This document shows positions 1 to 14,030 of a stretch of DNA of 64,000 nucleotides, piece after piece (within the stretch, counting starts at the first letter, position 1; each line of letters opens with the position of its first letter). This stretch comes from Lama guanicoe. Taxonomy: Eukaryota. The DNA lies in NCBI GenBank assembly GCA_013239625.1, contig MU053513.1, positions 3,826,303 to 3,890,302 of the forward strand, in the 5' to 3' direction. The notes under the pieces were generated by a model. It saw nothing but the letters and a program-made list of their open reading frames with translations, was not told the DNA's origin and searched no databases. A program made the translations under genes and the position numbers.

Positions 1-397
1 TCCCATGTTTACTGTTCCTCTTTGGTACTTTGGTCATTTGCAGCACATCTGTTTCTGATATTGTTCCTGTGTTAAGCACACACTATTGTGTTAGCAAGAT
101 TTTACACCATCTGTTTAAGAAAATTCTTACCAGTACTATTTGATGCCCAGTTGAACTTTAGCCAAACTTCTTCATTTTATAATGTTCTCTCAGTCCTGAG
201 CATATATATAATACACTTTGATGAAATTATGCTTTTATACTTGCTGACAGACATCAGAAACCCATTTGCCCAGCAGTTTAGCTAAATGTTGGATAGGAGG
301 AACAATTTTAAAATAGTAAAGATGTTGAGAAAGAAAAATATTTAGAAACAAAGCTATTAAATTAAAGTCAAATAATCACCCAAATAAACAACTGCTG

Positions 398-441
398 CAC
401 GTGCGCGCACACACACACACACATACACATACACACATACA
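398..441. repeat. Imperfect (CA)n/(CATA)n microsatellite
   Basis: cacgtgcgcgcacacacacacacacatacacatacacacataca, read directly. Confidence 0.9.
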
Positions 442-1823
442 TGAATTTAGACGTGGCTCTTGGGAGCTAATGTATATTTCTAGTGATTTATGTATGTCTT
501 CATCATATATAAAACTTGGCAATTTGTATTTTTGATGTTATTCCCAATGGTGTAACAACTGGTTTAAAATATGATAAAACAGAATAACATTATAATGTGA
601 CTGTATCAAATATATATTAAATCTAACACATACAGGTAAACTTAATAGTTGAGCCTAACTAAAATTATGTGTATATATATATTTTCATGTAATCACTCAT
701 AAAGGTTTTTCACTGTATTATCAAAAGGTAACAGGCAATGTTGCCTACTTCTCAGCTCATAAAGGTAGAGCTATTTGTGACAATAAAAAAATTAACACAT
801 CTGTATTTGATGGCTAAGTATATACATATATATATAATAGTGGCATCACTAAAAGACTGGAATTGGCTTGACAAAGTGAATAGTGGCTCTATGTTTTCAA
901 ATATTTTTTCTAGAACACAACACTCCTATTGATACATTGACCTATTTTGTTTATACAAAACAAAAAAAAAGCCTTAAAGTGATAATTTCACATGCTACTT
1001 TAGTTATAAGCACAGAAATATACACCTTAATGCTTGGAGTAATAAAATTCTGACATTCATTTCTGGAAATCAGCATTCTTCAGTTGACAAAGACATTTCC
1101 TTTGATTGAGTTCTGCCGAAAACAGGTTGTCACGGTCTTTCACTTACTACCTGGACAGACCGCTTTCATGGCAGATGCCATGATTGAAGATACGCCCATT
1201 GAATAACTGCTTAGGGGTGTATAGTCTCTGTTTCTTTTAGGAAAATAAATCTTTGTTTTGGTATATTCAATTTCTAAATAAAATGTATCCATAGTAATGT
1301 GGGTAATTGACATTATTTAAGCAAAAGTGTTGAAATTCAGTACCTTGTTACAGTGAGATAAATCTGGTTATAGAACTGGAACCAGTCTCATAACAATTCT
1401 GCCTATATATACTTCTAAAAATTATTTATCAAGATCTCCATTTTCCTTAAACTATTAATTTAGATGTGCCAAATGTAACCTATAAATTTTTTAAATAACT
1501 GATATTCCAAGAAAAGCAAACCTAATGAATCTTCATATGTCTGATTCCAATTAATCTGCTTAGACTATTTAATGGATAAAATAACAAACCTGATTTTATC
1601 AATTTGTAGGTCTGCACTGTATTCTTTGTGCCTTTTTAAGGTCTAATGCCTTTTCCTAAACATATTTAGTCCATTTAGTTATCTTCATGTAAAACCTGGG
1701 ATTAGAGGAATAATTAACTAGATACATTTTTTTAAACTATTTTTCAGCTACATCAGTGTAAAAATGAGATAGTCTCAAATGATGTCAATGATTATTGAAA
1801 GAAAACTATATATACTTTGTGGG

Positions 1824-1935
1824 TTCAATTCATCAAGCATCTACAGTGTGCCAGGTGCTGGGGATACAACAAAGAGTAAGACATGGGTAGTCTTTGCTCT
1901 CAGAAAATTCCCAGACCATTAAGAGAGTGACAAAA
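1824..1935 (-). mobile_element. LINE-2 3' end fragment
   Basis: ttcatcaagcatctacagtgtgccaggtgctggggatacaacaaagagtaagacatgg resembles the reverse complement of the L2 3' terminus. Confidence 0.7.
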
Positions 1936-2144
1936 CAGAACTAGCTCATCCCTGCAGTTCTATAATGATTTCTGTCTATTCCTTGGGGTTTGAATTGGTA
2001 AAGTATCAGATAGTCTTATCATAATACTTTCTATAGGTTTTTAAACATTTTATAGAATTTGTGTGGACAAAAAGTGAATGAGAGCAAAGTACCTCCTGAA
2101 GGCTATCTGGCTTCTGAGATAACTAACACTTTTGGTACTTTCAG

Positions 2145-2196
2145 GTGTGGGAAGGAGACAGCAATGACTTGCTATTCCTGAAACATCTCAATTATT
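2145..2196 (+). other. Candidate 52-nt internal exon of an unidentified host gene (possibly 5'UTR)
   Basis: Branch-point-like actaac (2122-2127), acceptor cttttggtactttcag|, donor ATT|gtgagt; unique non-repeat sequence. Confidence 0.55.
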
Positions 2197-2984
2197 GTGA
2201 GTCTTGCATCATAATTAGTAGTGGGGTGCCGTATTGGAGCTGGAAAAAAATTTGTTTTAGTTTCAAAATCTGGAACAGCTTTTTTCCTTTTGCCTTCTCC
2301 CTCTCTCCTACAAAATATATTTTATGCTTTTAATCATTGAAAACTTTTATAGATAATTGGGAGAGGAGAGGAGGATTCTACAGAGACTATCATTTAACGC
2401 AATTAATGACTGAAGAAAATATTTGCTTTCTTCCCCAACAACTACTTGCTAACTTTGGGAATGAATTATTCTAAAACTACAATACTAAGCTTATTTTTCA
2501 TACAAACAAGTTGGGGATTAGGTGTTTAGTAGACTTGTTTAAGAAGTTGAATATTTTTTGTTTATAGAAAGTTTTCTTGTGAATTTAGAGTTAGAAAGTG
2601 TAGATGTAAAGTTTCTTTAGCACTTCAAAGAATTACAGCCAAGTTAAATTTAATTACTCTTTCTAATACTTTTAGAGATTAAAGTGTATTTTCCTTTTTT
2701 TATATACGTTGATGAAAAATATCAGGAGAGAAAAGAACTATCATTTGATTGAATTAATTGAATGCCTTTACCCTTGAGGAAACACTGCATTTTTATTGTG
2801 TTCTGTTTAATCATGGTTTTTGGAGTAAGTCTGTATTATATTTTCCTTTTAGAGGATATTACAACTAATTTTACCTCACCATAATCACAGATCTATTTAT
2901 GTGATCAGTTAATTCCCACTGGCTGTTGTCACACATTTTATTTCTGATTCTCTCCATTTTCCTCAACTCCTTGCTTCTTAGGAA

Positions 2985-3160
2985 GGCAGGATGCTGAAGT
3001 GAAAGCTCTTACAGTTGGAATCTGCTGACCTGTATTTCAGTTTCAGCCCCTTCTCTTTTTAGCTGTGTGACGACTTTTGGGAAATAACTTTCTAAGCCCA
3101 TTTCTCCATTTTTGAGGGAGAGATAGAGGACGTCGGAGTAAGTCATTGTGAAAAGCTTTC
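2985..3160 (+). mobile_element. MIR SINE, degraded
   Basis: tagctgtgtgac...tgggaaataactttctaagcccatttctccattt resembles the MIR core. Confidence 0.6.
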
Positions 3161-4334
3161 TAGATTTTAATAGTAAATCACTGTTCACGATTTTTAAGAG
3201 GTTTTTTTTTTTTCAGACAAGCTTTGAAATCTTAGTTATGACAGTCCTCCAGAGGGAAATTTTTCTTTAGGTTATATCCCTGTTTAAAAGTTCCATCATG
3301 TCATAGTTTATTTACAGAAATCAAGTTGAGGCTGAATTCTGGTCTCTAACTAGCAGCAGTTCCTTCTACAAAGCTAGATAAAATTATCTTGAGAGAAGTT
3401 AACTCTAACTTCCAAGCCCAGAGTATAGATCCAAGTCTGACAAAATGAGAAATTCCCAAACAGGCTTCCTCATTCTTCTACTTCTTTTCCCTCAACCTTT
3501 AAAACCTTACTTAAATACTGCCTTCTCCTTGAGCAACCATATTCATTGAGTTGGGCAGTTGGTTGGCTATTCAGTTAATGTCCACTGTAGGCACAACTGA
3601 ACATTACTCTCCTAATGCTGTAGCTCTGGCATGCTATTTTTGATGATTCAGCCCAAGAGTTTGGTATTAAATAAACCCCAGTAATGATGCATATGAGGCA
3701 GAGCTAGGAACTGGTAACATGATCTGATAGGTCATTTGTTAATGAACTCAACATATTCTACATTGTGTGTTTTATTTCTAGGAGACTTCTCACCCATCAT
3801 GAGTGTGGCAGGTAGTTTTTAGTTTGTTTTTTGATAGTCATTATGAATTTAAACTGAAATGTCCATCCTCAATTCAGGTCTCCTTAATGGATATTTGCAG
3901 AACAGTGGACTAAAGTCAAGGATGAAGATTGTGGCCATGGAAGAGACTAAAGGAAACTAGGACACTGTAGGCTAGGTTTGGAGTGTAATGATATTTTACT
4001 TTACAAAATATATTTATTTTTAAAAAGTTACCCAACATATTTCCTGACGTTAATTATGGTGATAAAAACATTGGCATGGCTCATTTTTTTTAGTTGGTGA
4101 ACAACTCAATAGCAGCTGGGAAGAACAGTCTCATCATCCAGTCTGGTTAGGATCTGTAGCACATTTCATGACTGTAGAGAATTACTTCCATTCTCTCCAA
4201 GGTACAGTTTATTTCCATATAAAATAACTCTGTATACATCTATTTTTTCAACTCATATGGAATTGTGCATGAATTGATCTAGTTGTTTATTGATATCCAT
4301 TGCCAAAAATATTAACAGGTGAGAGTGATAAACA

Positions 4335-4930
4335 TTGCAGTTGCCTTACTGACATCTAGTCTGCTCCTTATACCGTTGTGTAGTAGCCATGTAGTTTGAT
4401 TAGGATTGACTCTAACCCTAGGTTCCCGAGTGGCAAACTAATGGAAGTAAACCAATCATCACTGTGATTTTTTAAATTGAATTATATTTGATCTAAAATA
4501 TTACATTAGTTTCAAATGTACAACCTCACTATGATTGATTCAAGGATGGTTTCAGGACCTCAAGTTCCATGAATATATAGAATCTTTTTGTTCATGGCTG
4601 TATTCCCAGTGCCAAGTATGACATACAGTAGGTGATCAATAAATAATTGTTGAAAGAATAAATGAAGCAAGATTGTCTGATCAAAACGATCCTTGGGAGT
4701 TTTGTTCGATCCACAGAGCATTTGAGGGTCTCTGTTTTCCATATGTATAAACTAGGAAGCTTGTAGCAAATGTGTCCATCTTGTAGAAATCCCCAGAGAT
4801 GAAACTGATGCCTGGAGGAGAGAGGAGGCCAAAGCTGAGAGAATGGGTGAGAAACACAGCCTCTGTGTTAGCCTGTACCTCTGCTTTACGTCTGTAGTTT
4901 AAACTATCTTGAATTAGATTGTTTTGGTTT
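4335..4930 (+). mobile_element. Old ERVL-type LTR (LTR16-like), with L1 3'-end (~4468-4530, -) and L2 3'-end (~4580-4665, +) fragments inside the span
   Basis: cagccatgtagtttgattaggattgactctaacccta...aaccaatca motif; L2 tail gtaggtgatcaataaataattgttgaaagaataaatgaa; L1 tail ttttttaaattgaattatatttgatctaaaatattacattagtttcaaatgtacaa. Confidence 0.45.
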
Positions 4931-6169
4931 GAACTAGAACATCTTAAGTCTGAGAACGGCTCAAGGTGTATAACAGAGAACAACTAGCACATTCATTAGC
5001 TCTTTTTCTATACATGCTGATTCTTAAGGCTAAGAGTTTAAAGACTTGAATACAAAAATGCCATCACACAATCTTTGACTGTATTAGACTTTTTGGTAAA
5101 AACTACAAGACATGTGAAATCCAAACAGTTTTTATGTTGTGGTTAAGCCAGACTGCCTTTAACAAATCAACAAGTAGTTTTTAAAATATAATTCAGTTTT
5201 TCTAGACCCAGAGGGTTTGTGATTATTAGGTGATACATAGAAAACCGGATATGTTCCCTTTAGGTAAATTTTGGTTGTGTGGCTTTTTATCTTCTCTGAA
5301 TTTGGTATAATAAAAGCATGTGTATTTAGAACACAGTGGTATACATAGTGCTAAATAAAACATTGGAAGTGGCTGTAGTCTAGCTATAATATAGAGAAAA
5401 GCTTATTGATAAGAAATAAGGCATCTCTTATCTATCTTTCTGTTATATATTGAAATTTTTATATCTATGGTAGAATCATAGCTTTAGTTTCTTCCCTAAA
5501 ACATAGTTACTGATTTTTAACATAAATCTATGATGATTTGAACTTACCCAGAAGCTGTCTATAATTTTCATTCCATATGCCAGAATGTTAATGAGAGCTC
5601 TGAATTTACACTTTGAAAGCTGTGCTGTGGAATGCTATTTGAAAACTAAAGAGAGTATTGGGAGACAGGTATTGGGGCTTATAAATAGTCATACAATGAT
5701 TACCTTTCATGATCTAATCTCCACATTCTGATTTAAATATCTGACCTTTGTGCTTGGCTGGTACTTTGTACATTCCTCTGTCTGCTACCCTGTTACTCAG
5801 ATGGGCTTATCTGATTCCCTTACTAGCTTAATAACTTTTTGAGGTCAGTGACCATGTCTTACAGAACTTGAGATTCCTAGTGTTTCAAATACTGGCTGTA
5901 CTGTGTTTGATGAACAAATGAATAGCTCAGTGAATAAATGAATGACTGTTCTTTTTGATGGGATCTCAATGCAAATAAATTTATTGACCAAGTAGTAATA
6001 TGAATGTGTGAAGGGGCTCAATAAAATACAATGGGGAGTGGTAAGCCTGTGACATACCTTGCTTATGCACATTCAGATTAACTTTAGTTTTAAAAAACTT
6101 GAGTGTCAAGATACTTACGAAGATTGCTAGTTTGGGATTTCTACATTAGGTTTTCTTTAAAAAAAATCT

Positions 6170-6350
6170 GAAGTTAGAGTTGAAAGACTCAGCTATGCTA
6201 CTTACTAGCCTTGTGACCTTTCAATGCCCATTTTTTATTTAGAAAATAGAAGCAGTAATAAATTCTTTGACTAACTGCAAGGGTCACTGTGATGATCAAA
6301 TGAGATAATGTATTGGAGATGTCTATTAAAATGTAAACAATAAATAAATC
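6170..6350 (+). mobile_element. MIR SINE
   Basis: gctacttactagccttgtgacctt...gtgatgatcaaatgagataatgta. Confidence 0.7.
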
Positions 6351-6944
6351 TTAGGTAATCTTATGAATTTCTAGAGCATAAATTGTGAGGGATATTCTAA
6401 ATGCAAAAACTCCACAGTGATAACGGTTCATTAGCACGAAGGGATCATAATGAAGAAATCTGATAGTGGTTTCTATTGTAATTCATATCTAAACTCAGAT
6501 GACTTGATTTTGGTAGATGGTGTTGCAGCCTAGAGATTTAGAACTGTTTGGGAGTTTCTAAAGCATTTATAAGGTAAAATCCAAAAAGACTTCCTACCAA
6601 GAAAACTTACTGGGAAGGCCTGGGGGGGAATGGCAGATGAAACAGATGCTGCTTGAACTAGAAGGCTGCGAACCCGCGGAGGTGAACTTCATTGTTCTTC
6701 TCCAATTTGGGCTGGTTGTTGGTCTTCCCCTCACAGCCAGGCCTTTAAGAAGGCAAAGTCTAAAACCCTAATGTAAGGGAAGGAAAAAGCTATGGGACTA
6801 AGTTTTTTCTTCCCCCAAGAGAAGAGAGTAGGTGGATAGAACTGGTTTTTAAAAACACACAGAGTACAGATAATCTAAGTGATGAGCAGAGCAGCAGTAG
6901 ACCTTTTCTTCGGACGGCAAGAGAATAGAAAAGATGGCCTGTGG

Positions 6945-7060
6945 TAGTCACTCAGCAAATTATTTATTGAGCACCTGTTATGTGCCAAGCACTGTGACAG
7001 GCACTAGGGACACATTGAACAAACACAGTTTTTCCTGATCCCTTGATGCTTATGGCAGGT
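6945..7060 (-). mobile_element. LINE-2 3' end
   Basis: cagcaaattatttattgagcacctgttatgtgccaagcactgtgacaggcactaggga. Confidence 0.8.
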
Positions 7061-7651
7061 GGCTGCCATAGACATTAAACAATTTACTCTACAAATAATT
7101 TCCCCATAGATGGGAATAGATGATACTGCAAAATATTTATGAACCAGTTTTCTAATATAGACTAATATAACTTTTTCGTCTTTTCTCTCCAAACTAATTT
7201 TCTTCCATTCTTCAAGTAAATTTTAAAGTACTTCTTTTTTTCTCTTCTTCAAGGTTACTATTAAGTCTGATTGTTTAAGGATGTAGAATTTAATTCAGCA
7301 CTGAAAGTAGACATAGGCAGATTCTCCAAAATCTCAAGGTAAATGAAAGAAGTAAAAAGCAAAAGAAGAACAAAACCAAATAATTATAAATAGTTTAACT
7401 ATTAACATTGTTGGATACTTTTTAATTTAAATAAATCTTAGTGGATTTTTTAAAGAAAAAGCTTATTAAAACATATTTCTTCATATTTCTTATCATTTAT
7501 CTCATTTGTAGTAAGTACTCAGTAAATATTTGTTGCATAAATGACTAAATTCATGGTCAGAATCTGAAGGATGTGTAAATACAGTGAGGAAAAAAGTGAG
7601 ATTTTACTTCCTTCCTATAGTCTATCACCCTATGAAGCTGATGACTAGTTT

Positions 7652-7686
7652 TACACTTGATCTTAGCCAAAAGGCAAAGAAGCGAT
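7652..7686 (-). pseudogene. RNU2: 3'-truncated U2 snRNA retropseudogene (U2 nt 1-35)
   Basis: Minus strand ATCGCTTCTttGCCTTTTGGCTAAGATCAAGTGTA vs U2 5' end ATCGCTTCTCGGCCTTTTGGCTAAGATCAAGTGTA (33/35); flanked by direct repeat gatgact(gt)agtttta at 7640-7653 and 7687-7702. Confidence 0.93.
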
Positions 7687-8960
7687 GATGACTGTAGTTT
7701 TAATTTAAAAAACAACAGCAATAATCAACAATATAAAAAACCTGATAGTCTACATGGGAGGAAGAATTAAAAAAAAAAACAACCCTCAAGTAAACACTAT
7801 TTAGAAGTTGCTGGCTTCAGAGTCAGTTGTAAATCCCAGAATGCCTCATCTTAAGTATTTACTACCTATCTCACTTTCTGCACAAACATGCTATTTATAA
7901 AACTGTTTGCAAAGAGGTTTTCCACTTGTGTCAATTATTTTTAGCTACTAGCTAATCTGATAGTTTAGATCAGAAAAAATTAAATAATCAAACTGGCTTG
8001 CTTACCATGATGCAGCTGAAACTTCCATTTTTAGGAAAATATTTTATACTTCTAAGTAACCATCAAATCATCAGTTCCATTATTTTTTACTTTTCAAAAG
8101 ATTTTGAAGCCATTGAGTATATAATTCAGTCATTAGTTCAGAGTGCCTGATAAAATATTTAGATTTTTTTCTTGCTAAACTTCAAAGTGTTTCTTAAATG
8201 CTTTTGAGAATTTATTTTGGGGTATTGTCTTTTTTCTTCTATATTGAGTTACTGTTCACTTGTTTTTTGTTTTGTTTTGTTTTGCTTATATTTTCCAATT
8301 TGTGGATTTATATGGGGCAGATAATCCTCATACATTACTTTTTCCTGATTGCTAAGAAATAAAGTATATATTAAAATAAGTTTTGATGTGTTATTCAATT
8401 TTGATGTTGTAAAAAGAAAAATTTTGGAAATTTCTGTTTTTAAGTAAAGCATAGTTGTCTCTTATTTTTGTTAATGTCTTTTAAAATGCACATCTGCCCT
8501 AAATAGAACCAAGAGGAAATTAAAAACCCCAACTTGAGAGCTTTTGGAAATGATGGAATTTAGGCAGTAAATGTATCTTACTGATATTTGTTGGCCAGAG
8601 ATTCAGAATGAGTCAGGCTTCAGTTCTGTTAGTTCAAATTGTCTGTTATATGTTCCATTTATCTAGACCTTTCTCACTATTTTAATTATTGAGGGGTGCA
8701 TTTTAAAAATTTTACAGTAAATGCCTCTAACTTCAGATATTTGCCTCTTTTTTGCTTAGACTCTGATTTTGAAAAGTCTTTAACGTTGAGGTTGCGTGGT
8801 AAAGTATTGGTTCTCCTCTAGCATGGGGACTGAGTTCAAGAGCACACATATAGGGTGGAGGGCTCTCCTGGACTTACACAGCACTTTTTGTTATTGTTTT
8901 TGTTTTGGTTCAGGTTCTTTTCACAATTTGCTCATTTAAATCTTACCAGTTGGCAAACTC

Positions 8961-8979
8961 TTAGGCCCTCTGGTGGTCA
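8961..8979 (-). promoter_or_regulatory. CTCF-binding motif
   Basis: Minus strand TGACCACCAGAGGGCCTAA, close to the CTCF core TGGCCACCAGGGGGCGCTA; unique sequence. Confidence 0.55.
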
Positions 8980-10928
8980 GCAGTTGGCAGCAATAGGTTA
9001 TTGACCAAAGACAATGCATTTAAGAATTCTCTAGAATAAAAGACTTTTTAGAATATTGGTGGTTCGTAAAGTAAGCTGTTAGTATATGGTACATGCAGTT
9101 TTAAACATGTTCATTGCTGATGCTTTAGGTTAGGGTTCTAGTATCTTTTCTTTTCCCTCGTAGAAAAACTTTATAGGAAAATGTTCCATTACAAATTGAG
9201 CATTTTCCAAGTAAATACTGTATTTGATACACTTAAAGTGTTCACAAGTAACTTACTAGTTCATCTAAGTTCAATGAAAATACAATGGGTAAAGTGCCAT
9301 TATTGTCTTCTAGCCAGTGCTACTCTTAGATCTACCTAGGATATTATAGTTTAGTCAGCATTTTGTCTTTGGAAAGGATTGCTGGGCATCTGGGGGAAAG
9401 GGAAAATAAAGTAAAAACAACCTTAATTCGTAAGTATAACCTGTTTTGGCTGTTGTGTCTGTTGCTAAATGTGACTGGTTTTTTGTTTTTGTTTTTGGTT
9501 TTTTAAGAGAACACCAAACCAAAAGTCTCAGCAAGATTTAAATTACAAGTAAAACATGTCTAATTTTAGGACATTTCTTACTCTTCTTGAAAAACAATAA
9601 TATACTTTAATAAAAAATAAAAATTTAAAATGATACTGTTCATAAAACATCTTAAATTATCAAAGACAAATGTTAAGTAGAGATTTATGAATGACTAAAA
9701 TAATAACAGGAATAACCAACATTTTATTTAAATTACACAAATGAAGAGTTAATTTTTTTCCAAATGGAAAAAAACTGCATTGTAGAAAATATGTTATTAT
9801 AGTGTTTTTAAAAGATTGGTCAGTAAAATCTTGACTATACTATCTGTGAATGTATAAAAGTAATTGATCAGAACTAAAGTATAAGTAAGGTGGATTTTAA
9901 TAGACTCTTAGTTCCAAGTACAATTTTATTCTTTGTTTTTAATAAAGAATTTGGGAAGTGAGCCTTTGTTTAAGGTTAAATAACAAGGAATTTCAATATT
10001 TTTTGTTGTTTTACTAACATCTTGATTGTCCATGTTTATTTGCTTTTATGGTGAAGGGAAATACAGTATTAAGGCAGTGAAGATTAACTTGTGTTGCTGA
10101 TCTAGCAAAGAGAAATATTTCCCAGAAAAATAATATTAAAACACCCACTTTAAAAAATTGTGATATATTTCTTTGTATGTTTTCTATATAGCCCATTGAA
10201 ATAATTACTAAAATTAAATTGAAAAAAAAGAAATAGATTGTAGAAATTATGAGTTTATTTCCCTCCTGATAAGCTACATATTAAACAGTCTTTGTATTAA
10301 AGAACTAATGCTTTTAAATTTAAGCTTTTCTTAAAATAGCAATGAAAAATAAAATACTAGTTTATATTTTGAAATGTCATACAGTTTCATTCTTCATAAT
10401 TAATATATTTAAATAATGATATAATATTACATAATATTTAACATGGAGGAATCATAAATATAGTTGACATTTATAATCTTTGTTAATTATATTTATATCT
10501 GGTTAACAGAATATTATAATAGATATTTACTGATTAAGATTATAGGTCATTATAAACATATTGGCATTAAAATTTCAGGTTACAATTTAGGCATTAGTTT
10601 TATATGAATTCCATTGTGTAACCACAAATAAGAAATGAATCTGTTCCAAAATGTTCAAAGCCAATGTCAAAGCAAAAAAAAAAAAAGAAGAAAAACTAAC
10701 AAAAAAACTTGACAAAGGCATTTTGAAATAATTGATGTGTTCAATCAAACTACAAAGACACTGTAATGAAGAGCTTAGGTTATTCTGGGTTTGTTTTTTT
10801 TTTTTGCATTTCTTAAGGTATGCCAGCACTAGATATATTTTTACATTTTATAATTTGAAATAATGAGTTATGTTTAGGCAAAGTAACAGTGCATTCAGAG
10901 TTGGAAACTTTACTTTTTATTTTCTTAG

Positions 10929-11022
10929 CTGCATTCCATCTGTTTTGTCAAAGGCACGGTTCCAGCAGTTTCATGATGTCCAAATCATTAGACACAAAGC
11001 TCTTGTATGCATGTGAATCAGG
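10929..11022 (+). other. Candidate 94-nt internal exon of the host gene
   Basis: Strong acceptor ctttactttttattttcttag| and donor AGG|gtaggt; higher GC than the very AT-rich flanks; one frame open (AFHLFCQRHGSSSFMMSKSLDTKLLYACES). Confidence 0.6.
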
Positions 11023-12849
11023 GTAGGTTTGTTTTGTTTGACTTTGGAGAAAAGAGCAGGAATGATCGTGAGTTACTTAAATGATTCAGAAATGCCTGGA
11101 GAGAAAGCCATACATGGATTCCTAGTTGTAATAAAAAAAAGTATGATTTTGAGCCAAAATATTTGTTATTTGTGAACTATTTGATTCAATTAATTATGAC
11201 AGTAGATATGATGACTCCATGGCTTCATTTTTAGGATTATTAACAGTTTCCCCCATTACATGTGAACATGTGCTATATTAAGCAAACCTTTTTTCATGAA
11301 GGTAAATAAGAAAAAATGTTTTGGGACTAATTAAAAATTATTTTTTCCCCTAACTATAAGTATGGTATATATATTCATTGTAAAATTAAAATATTAAACA
11401 TACAAAAAAACCCCTCACACAGTATCTCAAATGCAGCCTGGGTTACATTTTAAAATGATAAAAGATTGTTTTTTACTTTGTTGGATCTCATGGAAAAAGT
11501 GTAGATTCTTAAAATGCATATTGTTGATTTCATTGTTAATGAGAAAAATGGCTCTGCTTTCAGCCAGTCAAATTTAATATGTGAGCATATTTGTGTGGAA
11601 CAACATGGAAGTTTTCCAATCTTTTATGAAAGAAATTAGGAAGAGCCATATCTTGAAGTTAGGTTACACAAGTGCTGTCTTTTTACCATTCCCCTACCTC
11701 TAATTTTTTACTGATGGAGAATATTTGAGTTAGCTTTAACTTGCATCATATTTTTTCAACCAGAAAAAATATCTAAATAATTTTAAATTGCTTTATTTCT
11801 GAAAGTAATCTGGATTAGCTTGACAAGGTTTTACCAAATGCATTCTAATATGTATGCATATTTTACAAGAGTGAAATATTTATGGGTAGTGGTGCTTCTT
11901 ATATAGAAATTCTTAATCGGTCAGCTTGGTTCCCCACAAATTGAAAGTAAAACGTTTTACTTATGAAATGAATGATTCCAGCTCCTTTCTGAAGTAGATT
12001 TTTAAATGTACTTTTTACTCAAAATTTGCTAAACTCCCAAAAGCATCACAATAAGAGGACATGAATAATAATTTAAGCTGATTAGATTTTTATAATTTAC
12101 AAAATAATTTTCAAAATATATAATATAATTAAATAAAAGTATTCAAAAAGACTTTGTGGAGCTAGAAAGACAATCTGTTATTTGAGAATTTTGTTTAATC
12201 ATGATAAAGGCCTATATTGACCTAATATCCATATCTGATTAAAGTTAACTTTCTTTTACAATCTTGAGTGAATTAAATAGTATTTTTGTGAAATCTAGTC
12301 CCTACTATTAATGTAATGAAAGGAGGAGTTTAGGTTTTTCTCCATTAAAAAAAATCATTGTATGAACACTTTGCTTATTTTACTCTTTTATAATTAAGGA
12401 TGCTGTAGAGGACCCAAAGTTGATGATATTCATTGTTTCTTATCTTCTGGAAATACTTTTATGCCCAGTAGGCTGTAAATGATTGTCCGCATCTGCTGGT
12501 ATCTCTACATTCACAGGTTTTCCTAAGTAAAAATCCTCATATAAATTACTGTTATCATTTTATAGTCATCCCTAGTCTTTAAAGTGACAAGATAGGTAGT
12601 GCATTTAATCTACTTTCAGGAAAACCTTATTAATTGAAACTCTGCTAATTTAGAGTTAATAGCTGTGTAAATAAAAGTTAGCCTTTCTTAAGAGAGAGTA
12701 CTCATGAATAATTTACACAGTATCATTTTAGTAATGTATAAAATATTTCAGGGAATTTTTTGATGTACTATCTATATATAAACTATATGTTAAATTAAAT
12801 TCACCTTGTGTATTATTTAAAAAATTTTCTAACAAGATGAAATAAATTT

Positions 12850-14030
12850 GCAGTAAATGTGACAAAGAATTGATAACTTTGTTCAATAAAGAATTCATAC
12901 AACTCAAGAAAAATGTGAATTCTAAATAAGTAAATGGGCAAAAAGCATGACTATTTTATACAAGATGACATACAAATGGTTAAAAAATATGAAAAAATTT
13001 CAACCTCAAATGTATCTGAAAAAATGCAAATAATAGAGTAATGAGATTATTCATTACTCAAACCAGATTAGCAAATCCTAAGGTTATGTAATGCTGGTAA
13101 GGGTGAAGGTCACTGTACTCTTGCTGGAAGTAAAAATTGATTCAGCTTTTAACAATATGTAGCAAAAAAGCTTTATAAAATGTTTATAATGAAGTATTTC
13201 CTTTTTTTGTAATCTGTGCAAAGAAATAACATAAAATTCTCAACAAAGTTTATACTATAGGATGTTTGGCACAGCTTTTTGTATAAAAATGGAAAATTGT
13301 AAACAATTTAAATTCTCAGGGACATGGTTAGGTAAATTATGCTCCATTCAAATGATGGGACATAATGCAATAATTGATAATAAATATAAATGATTTTAAT
13401 GCCTTGTGAAAATACTTCTGATATGTTAGATGAGAAAAACTGGATATAAAAGTAAATATATAAAATGAATTATGTTATAATGAAAGAAAAAAGACTAAAA
13501 GGAAATATAACAGAATGTAGTTGCACAAGGAGGAAAGTTATGGATATTTTTTCCTACTGCTTTTTTATTTACTAACCAATGAGAATTATCTTATTTTTAA
13601 ATTAGGGAGGAGGGACCTTAAAAAAAAGTCCGTATCGTTTGCCTCAGGTATCTCACATCTAGAAATCTATCCTGAGTAAGTAATCCTAAATATTGACTCA
13701 GATTTGTGCAAAAAAAGTACAACTTTTTGTTGTTGTTTATTAATAGCATGCTATTTGAAGCAAGCAAAAGCAAGCAAAAGGTGAATAATTAAGATATGGT
13801 ACAGTTCTATAATGAAATAATAAATAGTTATTAAAGTTATTTTTCTGAAAGATTTTCAAATGAGAAATTTTTATTATATAATTAAGTAAAATAAGATGTC
13901 ATGTATAAAGTATGATTTCAACTATATGCAAAATAACAGAGAGAGAGAAAACAAGAATAGAATGAAATATGTCAAAATGTTGGTGATTTTTATTTTCTTC
14001 TTTAAATGTTTTTGCATTTTCCAAATTAAA
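12850..14030 (+). mobile_element. Ancient L1 (L1ME-type) ORF2 3' end / 3'UTR fragments
   Basis: aaatgggcaaaaagcatga...atacaaatggttaaaaaatatgaaaaaatttcaacctca...aaatgcaaataa...cagattagcaaa; second piece ctagaaatctatcctgag from ~13650. Confidence 0.7.

Noticed and set aside
3782..3811. 30-nt exon-like segment (ttctag|...CAG|gtagtt)
   Set aside because: Donor is weak and such pairs are common by chance in long introns; no other support.
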